Assembly (NCBI GenBank): GCA_030704615.1
Contig: CM060731.1
Coordinates: forward strand, 30,132,001-30,196,000
Source: Takakia lepidozioides
Lineage: Eukaryota > Plantae > Bryophyta
Direction: 5' to 3'
Length of the DNA stretch: 64,000 nt
The stretch's first letter is position 1, and every line of letters starts with the position of its first letter. The notes beneath the pieces are model-generated. The model was not told the origin of the DNA, ran no database searches, and saw only the letters and a program-made list of their open reading frames with translations. Positions 1 through 12,099 of this stretch are shown here, piece by piece. The position numbers and the translations under genes are program-made.

Positions 1-600
1 GCTCAACATGGTGGAGGAACAAGTGGTCATGGTGGGATTTGATAAGGAGGCACCACAGGGTAGTGGTGCTCCTAGCTAGCCACTACCTCAACGTGCTCAA
101 AGCAACAAGGGGGCTCAGGTGAAGCTCAGGGAAGGATAGAGAGGACCTCAGATGCAGGGGTCTCTCCCTTCATTTGCAAGCCAACAACGGGCGGATGTGG
201 TGTGTTGGACATGTGGAGGACCCCATGTCAAGAAGGATTGCCTAGAGGGAGGCAATGGTTTGGCACCGGCACAGCCTACATAGTTGCAGTGTGGGCATTG
301 TTGCAAGTACGGGCATGGAGAGGCCCAGTGCTATGGTTTGCATCCTGAGTTGCGCCCAGGCCACTTCCAAGGGAACAATGGTGGCTGGGGGCAAGGTGGA
401 GCAGCCCAGAGAGGACGAGGTGGCCAGGCACGAGGTGCAGGCCAAGGGCAAGCTCAACATGGCCAAGGATGCGGAAGTCAAGGTGGGTGACCAAGGCATG
501 GCCAACCGGCTTCAGCAGCTAGAGCAGAGGCTCGCTGCCATGGCCACAGCTCAGGTGGTACCGGCTCCAAGGCCGGATGGTCCACCTCCTGCTCCTGAGA
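1..600 (+). mobile_element. LTR-retrotransposon gag C-terminal fragment (CCHC knuckles), decayed
   Basis: Translates CWTCGGPHVKKDC (~203-241) and CGHCCKYGHGEAQC (ORF 284-490) in Gly/Arg-rich context, with frameshifts. Confidence 0.6.
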
Positions 601-608
601 GAGGAGGA

Positions 609-764
609 CAGGGAGTGTGGGAAGTAATGCAACTGGAGCTGGGAATACTGTGAATATCGTGGGGCTTGTAGCACGGAGTGCTCAGGGGCCACCACTTGGT
701 GGAAGTTCCACCACAACTACAACAGGTCCTCAAGGACCAGCACCAGCAAGGGGGCCAGCATCTG
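609..764 (+). repeat. 156-bp near-identical copy of Ty3/gypsy gag segment 31170-31325
   Basis: cagggagtgtgggaagt...ggggccagca(t/c)ctg occurs at both loci with only a few substitutions. Confidence 0.9.
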
Positions 765-829
765 CCGGGCCTAGCCCTCTGCGATTCAAAGACGCGTCTT
801 CGAAGGGTAAGTTCAAAGTCCCAGAGATC

Positions 830-1329
830 NNNNNNNNNNNNNNNNNNNNNNNNNNNNNNNNNNNNNNNNNNNNNNNNNNNNNNNNNNNNNNNNNNNNNNN
901 NNNNNNNNNNNNNNNNNNNNNNNNNNNNNNNNNNNNNNNNNNNNNNNNNNNNNNNNNNNNNNNNNNNNNNNNNNNNNNNNNNNNNNNNNNNNNNNNNNNN
1001 NNNNNNNNNNNNNNNNNNNNNNNNNNNNNNNNNNNNNNNNNNNNNNNNNNNNNNNNNNNNNNNNNNNNNNNNNNNNNNNNNNNNNNNNNNNNNNNNNNNN
1101 NNNNNNNNNNNNNNNNNNNNNNNNNNNNNNNNNNNNNNNNNNNNNNNNNNNNNNNNNNNNNNNNNNNNNNNNNNNNNNNNNNNNNNNNNNNNNNNNNNNN
1201 NNNNNNNNNNNNNNNNNNNNNNNNNNNNNNNNNNNNNNNNNNNNNNNNNNNNNNNNNNNNNNNNNNNNNNNNNNNNNNNNNNNNNNNNNNNNNNNNNNNN
1301 NNNNNNNNNNNNNNNNNNNNNNNNNNNNN
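830..1329. other. Assembly gap (500 N)
   Basis: Run of N, immediately preceded by GATC, which is compatible with a scaffolding join. Confidence 0.99.
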
Positions 1330-1599
1330 GGCCACTATTCCCTTCGTTCCCTGGAACTCCCAACGAGTTCCAATGCGTTCCCAAGGTGTTCCCGATGTTC
1401 CCACTCGTTCCCGAGCTCTCCCCGAGCTGGGGTTTGCTCCTGCACCTGCTGACGCTAAGCTATGGCTTCTACGGAGCCATAACCCCCGTCGCCCTGCAAT
1501 CCTAAGCTCTCACGGCCCACTAGAAGCGTCCCCAACTCAACAAGCAAGCCATATGCTGCCCAACAAGCTCCATTTCTTCATGAAGCTCACAAAAACGAA

Positions 1600-3790
1600 T
1601 CTGAAAATACACGTACAATTCCAGCTTTGACGATGTCACCATGGACCTCTTTCCCCTTTTCCAGAGCTCCCATGCTTGCACATGCATCGCAAACACAAAC
1701 AAATGTGATTTGGTTGGGCTTCACCCCTTTGCGCAACATTTGCTTATAGGTCTTCAAAGCATTCCTACCACACTCATGCTTGGTAAATCGTGCCAACATT
1801 ATATTCCACGTGATCAAAGATCGTTGAGGCATTCTGTTAAACACTTGGTGAGCATCCATTATGCTCTCGCACTTAACATATATGTAGACAAAGGTGTTGA
1901 GTAGAAAAACATTTGGCATGAATCCATTTTGGATAATGTGAGTGTGCACCTGCTTTCCAGCCTCCAGACCTTCCATCTTGATGCACTTAAGCAAGAGACA
2001 GACATACGTACCTGAATCTGCTGAAATGCCTCATTGCTTTAAAGTCTGTAGAGCCTATGTCAGTCTGCCTGCCGCAAAGCATCTTCACATGCCCAGAAGT
2101 GCAGCCAGAAGAGGCATTGCGGACTCCCTCTCTTGATCCTCTTTCAGAAGCTGTGGTCATGGTTGAGGTGCCTGGTTTTATCAACTGTGCCGCTGCAGCT
2201 GCAGCCTTTAGTTGACCATCTACCCATGCAAGTTTCTTGTAGCTATTGACCCACATGGAATCACATCTGGTACAATTCTAGCTTTGGTGATCCAACCATG
2301 CACCTCTTTGCCCTTTTCCAAGGCTACCAGGCTTGCACACGCACTGCAAACACACACAAACCTGATGTGGTCAGGCTTCACCCTTCCTACATCATTTGCT
2401 CATAGGTCTCCAAAGCCTCCATCTCGTGCCCCTACTGTGCATACCTTGCAAGCATCACGTTCCACGACACCACATCTCGTTCAGCCAGAGTGTGGAATAC
2501 TCCCTTCGCATCCTGAATGCACCCACATTTGGCAAACATGTCAATTTAGGATGACATCTGGTACAATTCCAGCTTTGACGAATGTCACCCTGGACCTCTT
2601 TCCCCTTTCCCAGAGCTCCCAGGCTTGCACACGCATTGCAAACACAAACAAATGTGATGTGGTTGGGCTTCACCCCTTCGCACGCTCATACTTCTCAAAA
2701 GCCTCCATCCCACGCCCTCGCTATGCATATCCTGCAATCATCGCACGAGTTCACGACACCCACATTGGGCAGAGATTGAAACGCGGCTTGCTAAGACCAA
2801 GCTGACTCTCCCAAGAACCTTGTAAACATCAGAAAGAATACCAAATCATGGTACTAACAGGAGCCAAGAGCCCACATAATGGACAAACTTCTTCACATCG
2901 TACATTGAGAAAAAAGCAAACCTTGCGATTGCGGTTCTCCCACCATCGTGAAGGATCTTTAAAAAACTCATGCGAGCTCTGCTCCATGCTCCAAGGTAGA
3001 GGTTTGTGATAAAAAATCCGACAACATCAACATGTTGACATGGTCCTTTACTGAGGGGTGCTAGTGAGCTTTCAACAACATTAATCATGCAAGTTGTTTT
3101 GGGCTCCATTGGGCTCTACACGATGAGGAAGAACAAACTCCAAACTCTGCTCAAGAAATAACGTAATGTCCTGTAAGAAACTCATGCCAGCTCTGCTCCA
3201 CCGAGCAATCCAGGGCCAAGTCTGATGAGAGGGCAAAACAGGCTGAAACAGGTCGAAGAAGAATCAGGCTCGCACACACATTCCATCTACAAACGAACGT
3301 GACCAAGTCTGCCTTTACCCCTTCCCGCATCATTTGCTCGTAGGTCTCCAATGCCTCCATCCCGCATCCCTGCTGTGCATATCCCGCGATCATCGCACTC
3401 TAGGACACAACATTTTGTTCAGCCATATTCTCAAACACTCCCTTTGTATCCTCAATACTGCCACCTTGTCCACGAGGGTATTGTTCAGAATGACATCAGG
3501 TACAATTTCAAATTTGACAATGGCACCATGGACCTTTTACCCTTTCCTAGGGCTGCCAGGCTTGCACACGCATTGCAAACAAAACGAACGTGACCCGGTC
3601 CGGCTTCACCCCTTCCCGCATTATTTGCTCATACGTCTCCGAAGCCTCTATACCACCTCCACGCTGTGCATATCCTAGTTGTTGTGCCTATCCTCGCCCC
3701 TTCCTGCATCATTTGCTCAAGAATAGGTCTGCAAAGCCTCCATCCCACACCCCTGCACATCTTGCGATCATCGTGTTCCATGCTCTAGGC
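1600..3790 (-). pseudogene. Scrambled PLS-class PPR pseudogene fragments interleaved with OSB/PDF-like exons
   Basis: PLS motifs (LLKCIKMEGLEAGKQVHTHII...IMDAHQVFNRMPQRSLITWN; KPNHITFVCVCNACASLGAL) with frameshifts. PDF-like pieces EQSSHEFFKDPSRWWENRNRK (~2922-2985) and WVNSYKKLAWVDGQL (~2210-2256). Confidence 0.8.
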
Positions 3791-3796
3791 TCATGG

Positions 3797-4294
3797 ATAC
3801 TAAGAAAACATATGGTGTGGCGGGAGACAAAAAAAAACCCAAAATGAGGCCAAGTCTCAGCCCTCTGTTCACGGCTACCCTAATGGGCAACCCTATAAGT
3901 AACTTTTTGAATTTTTTAACCTTTTGCACTTTGATCATTGTTGAATGAACTTACCCAATGGATGAATACATTCGTGTATGTGCCTTCAAAATAACACGTG
4001 TAGTGATGCAGTCATATAATTAGAGCTGTGAAATCATATTCAGTCATGAAGTCATACGATTCTAGGAAAATTCATCCACGTGTAGTCCTCCATATGACGC
4101 GAGTCATATAAACCATCCCTGTCATCGTGGTCAACAATGTTTGACCAATGCTCCCTACCTTTCCGGAGTCATGTAGTGATAGAGTGATAAAACTATGACT
4201 GCAACGCATTTCAGCGTTCTGTAGTCGTGTACCTAGTGCCGTTTTTATGACTCTGCAAAAGCCGTAGTCCTAAAAACGCTCATCTCTTGTAGTG
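3797..4294. mobile_element. Non-coding GTCAT/ATGAC-rich repeat with a CACTA-like right end
   Basis: Ends TCTTGTAGTG at 4285-4294 (reverse complement CACTACAAGA). Start resembles 13738-13850, and similar GTCAT-rich tracts lie at 13860-14100 and 34690-34870. Left TIR degenerate. Confidence 0.35.
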
Positions 4295-5880
4295 TGGAGA
4301 CCTATAAACAACGATGTGCAAAGGGGTGAAGCCCAACCACATCACATTTGTTTGTGTTTGCAGTGCGTGTGCAAGCCTGGGAGCCCTAGAAAAGGGGAAA
4401 GAGGTCCATGGTGACATCGTCAAAGCTGGAATTGTACCAGATGTCATCTTGAACACTGCCCTGGTGGACATGTATGCCAAATGTGGGTGCATTAAGGATG
4501 CGAAAGGAGTTTTCAACACTATGGCTGAACGAGATGTGGTGTCGTGCAGGAACGCGATGCTTGCAGGGTATGCACAACAGGGGCGTGGGATGGAGGCTTT
4601 GGAGACCTATGAACAAATGATTGGGGAAGGGTTGAAGCCCGACCATATCACGTTTGTGTGCGTTTGCATGCGTGAGCAAGCGCAACCCTGGAAAAGGGCA
4701 AAGATGTGTATGGTTGCATCGCCAAAGCTGGAAATTGTACCAGATGTGATTCTGAACAATACCCTCGTGGACATGTATGCCAAATGTGGGATCATTGAGG
4801 ATGCGGAGGGAGTGTTCAACAATATGGCTGAACGAGATTTGGTATCTTGGAACACCATGCGCAGCAGGGGCGCGGGATGGAGGCCTTGGAGACCTATGAG
4901 CAAATGATGGGGGAAGGGGTGAAGTGCAACCACATCACGTTTGTGTGCGTTTGCAATGCTTGTGCAAGCTTGGCAGCCCTGGAAAAGGGCAAAGAGGTGC
5001 ATGGTGACATTATCAATGTTGGAATTGTACCAAATGTCATTCTGGACACTGCCCTGGCGGACATGTATGCGAAATGTGGGTGCATTGAGGATGCAAAGGG
5101 AGTATTTGACAATATGGCTGAACGATATGTGGTGTCGTGGAATGCGATGATCACAGGATATGCTCAGCATGGTTCTCATAGGGACGTCCTGCAACTATTT
5201 GAAGGAATACAAAAGAACGGCTTGAAGCAGTATCACCTTTATGTGTGTTCTCTCTGCATGCAGCCACATTGGCCTACTGAATGAAAAAAGATGCTACTTC
5301 GATTTCCTGAGTCAAGATCATGGTGTCACTCCGACAGTAAAGCACTTTGGCTGCATGGTGGACCTTCTTGGACGTGCGGAATACCTGGATGAGGCAGTGG
5401 ACCTGATTAATAAAATGCCAATCAATCCAGATGTTGTGGTGTGGAAGGCCTTGCTTGGTGCCTGCAGAATCCATGACAATGTGGAGATGGCTGAACGTGT
5501 GGCAACATCTATCCTCAAGTGGGATGAACATGATGCCGCGACTTATGTGTTGCTATCAAACATCTATGCTGCAACTGGCAGGTGTGATGATACTGCAAAT
5601 GTGAGAAGAATGATGAAGGTCAGAGGGGTTGAAAAGGAGCCACGTTGCTGCTGCATTGAGGTTTGCAACAGGGTTCACACCTTTGTTGTAGATGACAAGT
5701 TGCATCCTAGAATTAAGGAAATCCATGCTGAGCTAAGAAGATCGTCTAGGCAGATGAAGGAGACCGGGTATGTGCCTGACACGCGCTTTGTATTGCATGA
5801 TGTGGGGAGGAGGAAAATGAATTTTCTCTTTGCCACCACATGAGAAGCTGGCCATTGGTTTTGGGCTAATCAGCATGACA
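4295..5880 (+). pseudogene. PLS-E-DYW PPR RNA-editing factor pseudogene (DYW truncated)
   Basis: Tandem P-L-S motifs (ORFs 4314-4907, 4847-5284); E domain (HFGCMVDLLGRA...WKALLGACRIH...YVLLSNIYAA); PG-box-like EKEPRCCCIEV; GYVPDT; frameshifted CHH/EKLAIGFGLIS at ~5832-5875. Confidence 0.9.
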
Positions 5881-6462
5881 GATACGTTTGTCCCTGTATG
5901 ATAAGTGTGGTAGCATGGTAGATGCACACCAACTGTTTGACAAAATGCCTGAACGAGATGTTGTGACATGGACTATAATGATTGGGGGATATGCCAAGTA
6001 GGGGTGCAGCAGGGAGGCTCTCAAGGTGCTTCTCCTTTCGGGGACAATTTTACCCATTTGTACAATCACCCCACTTGGGTGTTTTTATAAAACTATGTGG
6101 TTAATTCTCGCACTGAGTGCTACCCAGACGATTCTGGGGTCAAATCTTGCCACTGACGAGTGTGGTATGTTCCTAGGTGGTGCCCCATTCGTACGCCTCA
6201 TGGCAGGTTACTATGAAAGAGGTTATTTTCTCCTCTCACTATTAAGGGGCCTGATTTGTGAGGGGGGCTGCTATTTCATGAGCGGCATGAGCATGAGCGG
6301 AAAAAAAAAAAAAGCATGAGCAGACCATTGTGTGTCCACGGAAATAGGGTTAGGAGGCACGAAAATAGGATCATGTGAAGTTGGAATGTGAGTGGACTTG
6401 AAATGCAACATTTTATTGCAAATTTTGTGGCAAGCCACGTCTATACAAGTGTGTTCTAACTG

Positions 6463-6855
6463 TCATAGCCGGAATGGGCAATACTCTCCTACACCCTCCG
6501 AGGAACTTGCCCCACCTTCTTCCTCATCCCCCTCATCCCCCTCATCCTCCGAGCTCTGTGATGCATCAGTTCCACTATGCCTCTCAAAAATCCCGTCCTC
6601 TTGGGGGACTGTCCACCTCACCTCCTGGTAATCTTCTGCATCTTCTCCCCCACTTTCCTCAGCTGAATCCAAGACAAATCTACGAGCCTGACGGGCTCTA
6701 ATAGTTGCTGCCTCCTCCCTCATCTTCATTTTCTTGAGGCTTGCCTTGTCTAAAATCTGCTGTACACGACTAGGTTCGGAACACCTCCTAATGGACACCG
6801 AAGCAAGCCGGGCAACATAACAAGGAAGGATGTAGTCCCTTTCTGGACTAGGCAT
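6463..6855 (-). pseudogene. C-terminal remnant of the MULE accessory (ParB/MTase-like) gene
   Basis: RRFVLDSAEESGGEDAEDYQEVRWTVPQEDGIFE matches GKFVIESASESEGDDEDNSAPRWTVPAGEDGIFE in ORF 41894-42187. Confidence 0.75.
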
Positions 6856-7074
6856 GAAATCCTCCCTAAAAATGCACGTTCCTCCTGTCCATGAACTACG
6901 GTGTAGACGTCCCTCCTACAGTACTTGGCATCCTACAGTAAGAACAAATCAACTTGAAGAATGTCAATACCAGAAACGGTCTTTCAATGAAATAAAAGAG
7001 CGAGAGGAGGTGCCTCACAAAATCAGGAGGCAACTTACAATGCGACCACTCACTCGTAAACCATTTTCGGCACC

Positions 7075-8004
7075 ATTTTCCTAGGTTGGGCCCGAGAATG
7101 GCTAAGTCCCAGAACTGACTGGGCGCGGAACTAGAAAAATGGCCCCGAATTTCCGGTTGCGGTTCCAGCCACCCTAGGGACATAGCCATTTTCGGGCCCT
7201 TGAACTGGAAAAATGACGCCATTTTCCCATTTCGGGGCTGAAAATGGCTAAGTCCCAGATCTTACTAGGCCCGGAACTGGAAAAAGGGCGCCGAATTTCT
7301 GATTTTGGTGCCAGTCACCTAGGGACTTAGCCATTTTCGGCCCCGAACTGGAAAAATGACGCCATTTTTCCAGTTCGGGGCCGAAAATGGCTAAGTCCCA
7401 GATCTGATAGGGCGCGGAACTGGAAAAATGGTGCCGAATTTCCAGTTGCGGTTCCAGCCACCCTAGGGACGTAGCCATTTTCGGAGCCCTGAACTGGAAA
7501 AATGGCGCCATTTTTCTATTTCGGGGCCGAAAATGGCTAAGTCCCAGATCTGACTGGGCCCAGAACTGGAAAAATGGCGCCGAATTTCCGATTTTGGTGC
7601 CACTCAGATCTGGGACTTAGCCATTTTCGGGCCCGAACTGGAAAAATGGCGTTTTTTTTTTTTTTTTTTTTTTTTTTTTTGTCGCCATTTTTCCTGTTCG
7701 GGCCCGAAAATGGCTAAGTCCCAGATCTGACTGGGCCCAAAACTGGAAAAATGGCGCTGAATTTCCGATTTTGGTGCCAGTCAGATCTGGGACTTAGCCA
7801 TTTTCGGGTCCGAACTGGAAAAATGGCGTTTTTTTTGTTTTTTTTCCGGCGCCATTTTTCTATTTCGGGGCCGAAAATGGCTAAGTCCCAGATCAGACTG
7901 GGCCTAGAACTGGAAAAATGGCGCCGAATTTCCGATTTTGGTGCCAGTCAGATCTGGGACTTAGCCATTTTCGGCCCCGAACTGGAAAAATGGCGCCGAA
8001 CGAA

Positions 8005-8036
<32 letters not shown>

Positions 8037-8292
8037 ACGCCATTTTTTCCAGTTCGGGCCCGAAAATGGCTAAGTCCCAGATCTGACTGGGCCCAGAACT
8101 GGAAAAATGGCGCCGAATTTTCGATTTTGGTGCCAGTCAGACCTGGGACTTAGCCATTTGCGGGCCCGAACTGGAAAAATGGCGTTTTTTTTTTTTTTTT
8201 TTTTTTTTCGGCGCCATTTTTCCAGTTTGGGGCCGAAAATGGCTAAGTCCCCAGATCTGACTGGCACCAAAATCGAAATTCGGCGCATTTTT
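7075..8292. repeat. Tandem array of hairpin units (~170-190 bp, ~30-bp stems) with poly-T/poly-A spacers inside the MULE
   Basis: Repeated GAAAATGGCTAAGTCCCAGATCTGACTGG ... CCAGTCAGATCTGGGACTTAGCCATTTTC (e.g. 7703-7808), with a GGCGCCGAATTT-type motif in each loop. Confidence 0.92.
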
Positions 8293-9660
8293 CAGTCATG
8301 CAGGTAATTTGAAGAGCGGATGGATGGAAATCCGGCGCCGGATTTCCATCCTCCAGGTAAGTCGGTGCTGCAAATTTCTGTCATACAGGTTACTTGTGAG
8401 CGGATGGATGGAAATCCGGTGCCGGATTTCCATCCGCCAGGTACAAAATTTCCGTCATGCAGGTAATTCGAAGAGCGGATGGATGGAAATCCGATTTCCA
8501 TCCGCCAGCTAAGTCGGCGCGCAAAATTATGCAGGTAATTCGAAGAGCGGATGAACGGATTTCCATCCGCGGAGGTAGGGGGGCGCGCGAAATTTCCCTC
8601 ACGCAGGTAATTCGAATCTCGGATGGATGGAAATCCGGCGCCGAATTTCCATCCAGCAGGTAAGTCGGATCGCTGGCGTATGGATATTCGGCGCCGAATT
8701 TCCATTCGCCAGGTATTTCGAAGCGCTGAATTACCTTCCTGCAGGTAATTCTGAGCGCTGAATTACCTTCCTAAAAGGTAATTCTGAGCGTGTCCGATTG
8801 ATTTTTCGGAGAAAAACACACCTAACTGTTTGTTTTGTGGCTGAAATGCACTTGTAGACACTTGCTACAGGCAAATCGGAACAGCCTCGGACGGAAATTC
8901 GGCGCCGTTTTTCCATTCTGGGAGGTTTTTACGACTTCCTTTGAGGGGGCCCCGATTGAAATTCGGCGCCGAATTTCCATCCGGGGGATGGTCTCTGTCG
9001 GAGAGGTGCCGGCCTCTCCGCCGCTCTGTTGGATATTTGGTGCCGAATTTCCGTCCGGGGGTTGAAATATGACGGCCAGGTGCCGGCCTCTCCCCCCCCC
9101 TCCCCGACTGCATCCGAACCGCCCCGGATGGAAATTCGGCGCCGTTTTTCCATCTGGCGATGTTTTTATGCCGGCCTGTTTTCGGCCTAACCCCCCGACA
9201 CGACTTCCTTTGGGGGGGCCCGGATGGAAATTCGGCGCCGAATCTCCATCCAGGGGATATTCTCTGTCGCACACGCGCCGGCCTCTGCGCCCGAGGCGAC
9301 TTCATCCGGGCTTCCCCTGTTGTATATTCGGTGCCGAATTTCCGTTCGGGGGTTGTAATGTGAGGGCTAGATGGCGGCCTTTCCCCCAAGCCGACTGCAT
9401 TTGAAAGGCCCCGGATGGAAATTCGACGCCGTTTTTCCATCCGCGGAGGTTTTTATGTCGGCCAGTTTTCGGCCTGACCCCCCGACAGGACTTCCTTTGG
9501 GTGGATCCGAATGGAAATTCGGCGTTGAATTTCCATCCGGGGATTTTTTGTCGGACAGGTGCCGACATCTCTGCCCCAGACGACTTCATCCGTGCGGCCC
9601 CTGTTGGATATTGGGTGCCGAATTTCCATTCGGGGGTAGTAATGTGACGGCACGGTGCCG
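8293..9660. repeat. Array of GGATGGAAATTCGGCGCCGAATTTCCATCC-type palindromes
   Basis: Perfect 20-bp palindrome at 8958-8977, near-perfect 30-bp at 9222-9251, and many degenerate copies. Confidence 0.9.
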
Positions 9661-9959
9661 ACTTCTCCCTTCAGCCGACATCATCCGGACGGCCCCCCAC
9701 TTTCTGACTGCATACCGTTGGCAGTTATTGCGCAAAGACCAGGGGCCGCATTCCGGAGACAAGGTTCATTAACACTCTGACTGTGGATTTTTGAGATAGT
9801 TGGCTCCCTGGATTTGGATCAGGCTTCGTCGCTCGAACAAATCGGCACCGCATTCCTTCCCATCGCTGCATCCCCCTTCTACCAGGGAGCTTCCCCGCAC
9901 GCCATCCTGGCAGTCTTGTGTGCACATCTCCCATGGCGGAAAACCCGAGCGCTACAGTG

Positions 9960-11117
9960 TACTGCCCTCCTCACGAGCATAGAGCTTCATTTCCGTGCAG
10001 AGGGGACATCTGCCGGGTGATGGAGAAATATCTGTGCGTTCGATACCACCTGAAACCGGGTCGGGTTTTTTTTGGAGGAGGAAAGGAAGGACTCAAACGG
10101 CCTTGTTGTCGAGAGTATTGTTGTGCTCCACGATGATTTCCGCGATGGCAGGGAATGGCGAGTTCCACCATCGGACAGCGTCATATACAGGGCTGTTGGG
10201 GACTTCATTTGCCCGCCAAATGCACCTTCTATCCTGGCGCCTTCCACGAAACAATCCGCGAATCAGAGAGTGGCTACCTCAAAGAGAGAAGTCCGCAACG
10301 AAGTAAATCCAGAGCCGAACCCATCCATGAAGACGAGCGAGAACCGGGTTGTTCACAACCTGTCCGACTCAGACGAGGTCATGGAAGTTCCGAGGTCGTC
10401 CTGGAGATCAGGCAAGTCCTCAATGGACGTCAGTGGAGGAGGGAGTCATATTCCCAGCACGAGCACCGCAATTCGATCTATTCTTGAAATTCTGCGAGGG
10501 CTTCACCTGGAGGGACACCGGTCGGAGCTGGCCGGGCTGGCGTCTGGCCTGTTGCCCCGGGTTGCAGCCTCTCTCAGAATGAGGCGGATGCTCTATCTGC
10601 AGCAGGATTTCGAATGGTGCAACGCACAGACATCCCGGCCCACGCATTTCCGGTTCCTCAGACCCAGCCATTGCAGACTGTTTGGTCCAGTAGAGACGGA
10701 TTGGACAATTCTACACATCCCACAATGCGATTCGGAAGAGTGAAGAGACGACACCCTCCCAACAAGTTGAATGAGACTCCGATTGCCAATGCTCTTGGGA
10801 TGACTTGCACTATTCAGAGCTCCGTGGACGTACCCCCACCCGGCCTTGGGCGTGTGTATCGGATGGCAACGGCCGGCTTGGCTGTACGCGACGATGTATA
10901 CACAATCACGATTGGAGTGGAGCCGACTTGCAATTGTACGGACTTCTCGTTGATGGAAGCAAAGAAGGGTTCGAAGTATTATCCGTGCAAGCATCTGTAT
11001 TACATTTACCTGAAGAGGTTGAGGATGAACGTGACTATTGATGACTTTATTCATGCACCGGCGTTGAGCGTGAACGAGCTGCACAAACTCCTCCTTAGGG
11101 ATTCCAGAAATCATTGA
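9960..11117 (+). pseudogene. Deleted MULE transposase: N-terminus joined directly to SWIM-containing C-terminus
   Basis: ESIVVLHDDFRDGREWRVPPSDSVIYRAVGD matches ESVVILHADFGKGKEWRLPASESIRYSAIGE (ORF 21217-21885). SWIM YTITIGVEPTCNCTDF...PCKHLYYIY matches 24416-24916. Zn finger and DDE core absent; junction ~10540. Confidence 0.88.
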
Positions 11118-12099
11118 TGGGGCAAAGAAAATCCTCCATATGGATATTTTCAATTGCATTTTGCTGTATCAGACTTTTTTTTGCAGTGTAATGAAATGCA
11201 CCCCAAAACTCTTGGAATGAGGCAATATTCCATTCAAACTGAGATCCAACAGTTGTGGGGCCATTTCTGGAAAAATGACGTCGAATTTCTCTTTTTGGGG
11301 CCGAAAACTGGCTAAGTCCCAACATGCACTGGTACATGTGTCTGGGAAAATGGCGCCGAATTTCTCTTTTTGGGCCGAAAACTGGCTAAGTCCCAACATG
11401 CACTGGTACAGTGTCTGGAAAAATGGAGCCGAATTTCCCTATTTTGCGTCGAAAACTGGCTAAGTCCGAACATGCACTGGAAAAATGGCGCCGAATTACC
11501 TGTCATGAGGGGACCTATAGCCGCGGAATTCGGCACCATTTTTTGCCAGAGAGACCTATTACCGCGAAATACATCGTCGTTTTTTCAGGTTACGAACCCT
11601 ATTACCGCGAAATTCGGCGCCAAATTTGCACATGTCGCTGGGAATTGGCATGAGCGGAAATCGAAATATCATGAGCACAACTGTCAAAACTACAATTTTC
11701 CCTTCAAGGGGCCGAATAATATATTTGTTTTTCCTAACACATTGCATTAAATTAATGTTTTTATTTTATTTTTTATTTTTTATTTTCGAAATTTGTACTT
11801 CTGCTCATGAAAACCGATTGTCTTACTACTCCGCTCATGCCGCTCATGCCGCTCATGCTCATGAAATAGCTAACCTCATTTGTGAGCTGTCGCCTAGGTG
11901 TTTCCCTTTATAAAAATAAAATAAAACATAAAACATAAAAAATAAAAAATAAAAAGTTGAACATTGAATTTCTCGGTGGGGCCTGAGCTTCAGCTGTCCT
12001 TAGAGTGCAAAGCCGCGATCTGGTCACGATTTTAAATTTTTGTTGCATAGTGATTTGTTGGTTTTTGTGCGTCTGATTATTCTGTGAATGAAATACGGC

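Larger units (their letters stand above)
6263..11877. mobile_element. Non-autonomous Mutator-like (MULE) DNA transposon, internally deleted
   Basis: TIRs GGGGGCTGCTATTTCATGAGC (6263) and GCTCATGAAATAGCTAACCTC (ends 11877). Perfect 9-bp TSD ATTTGTGAG at 6254-6262 and 11878-11886. Transposase N-terminal and SWIM remnants homologous to 21250-24916. Confidence 0.92.

Noticed and set aside
551-1630. Long ORFs spanning the N run
   Set aside because: Artefacts of the 500-N gap.
6030-6253. LINE 3'UTR-like sequence hosting the small MULE (A-rich tail at ~11910-11955)
   Set aside because: Only weak resemblance to the LINE 3' end at 15605-15840; cannot be supported without an alignment.
7075-9660. Many short ORFs (MAKSQI..., MEIRRRISI...)
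   Set aside because: Translations of palindromic non-coding repeats, giving similar peptides on both strands.
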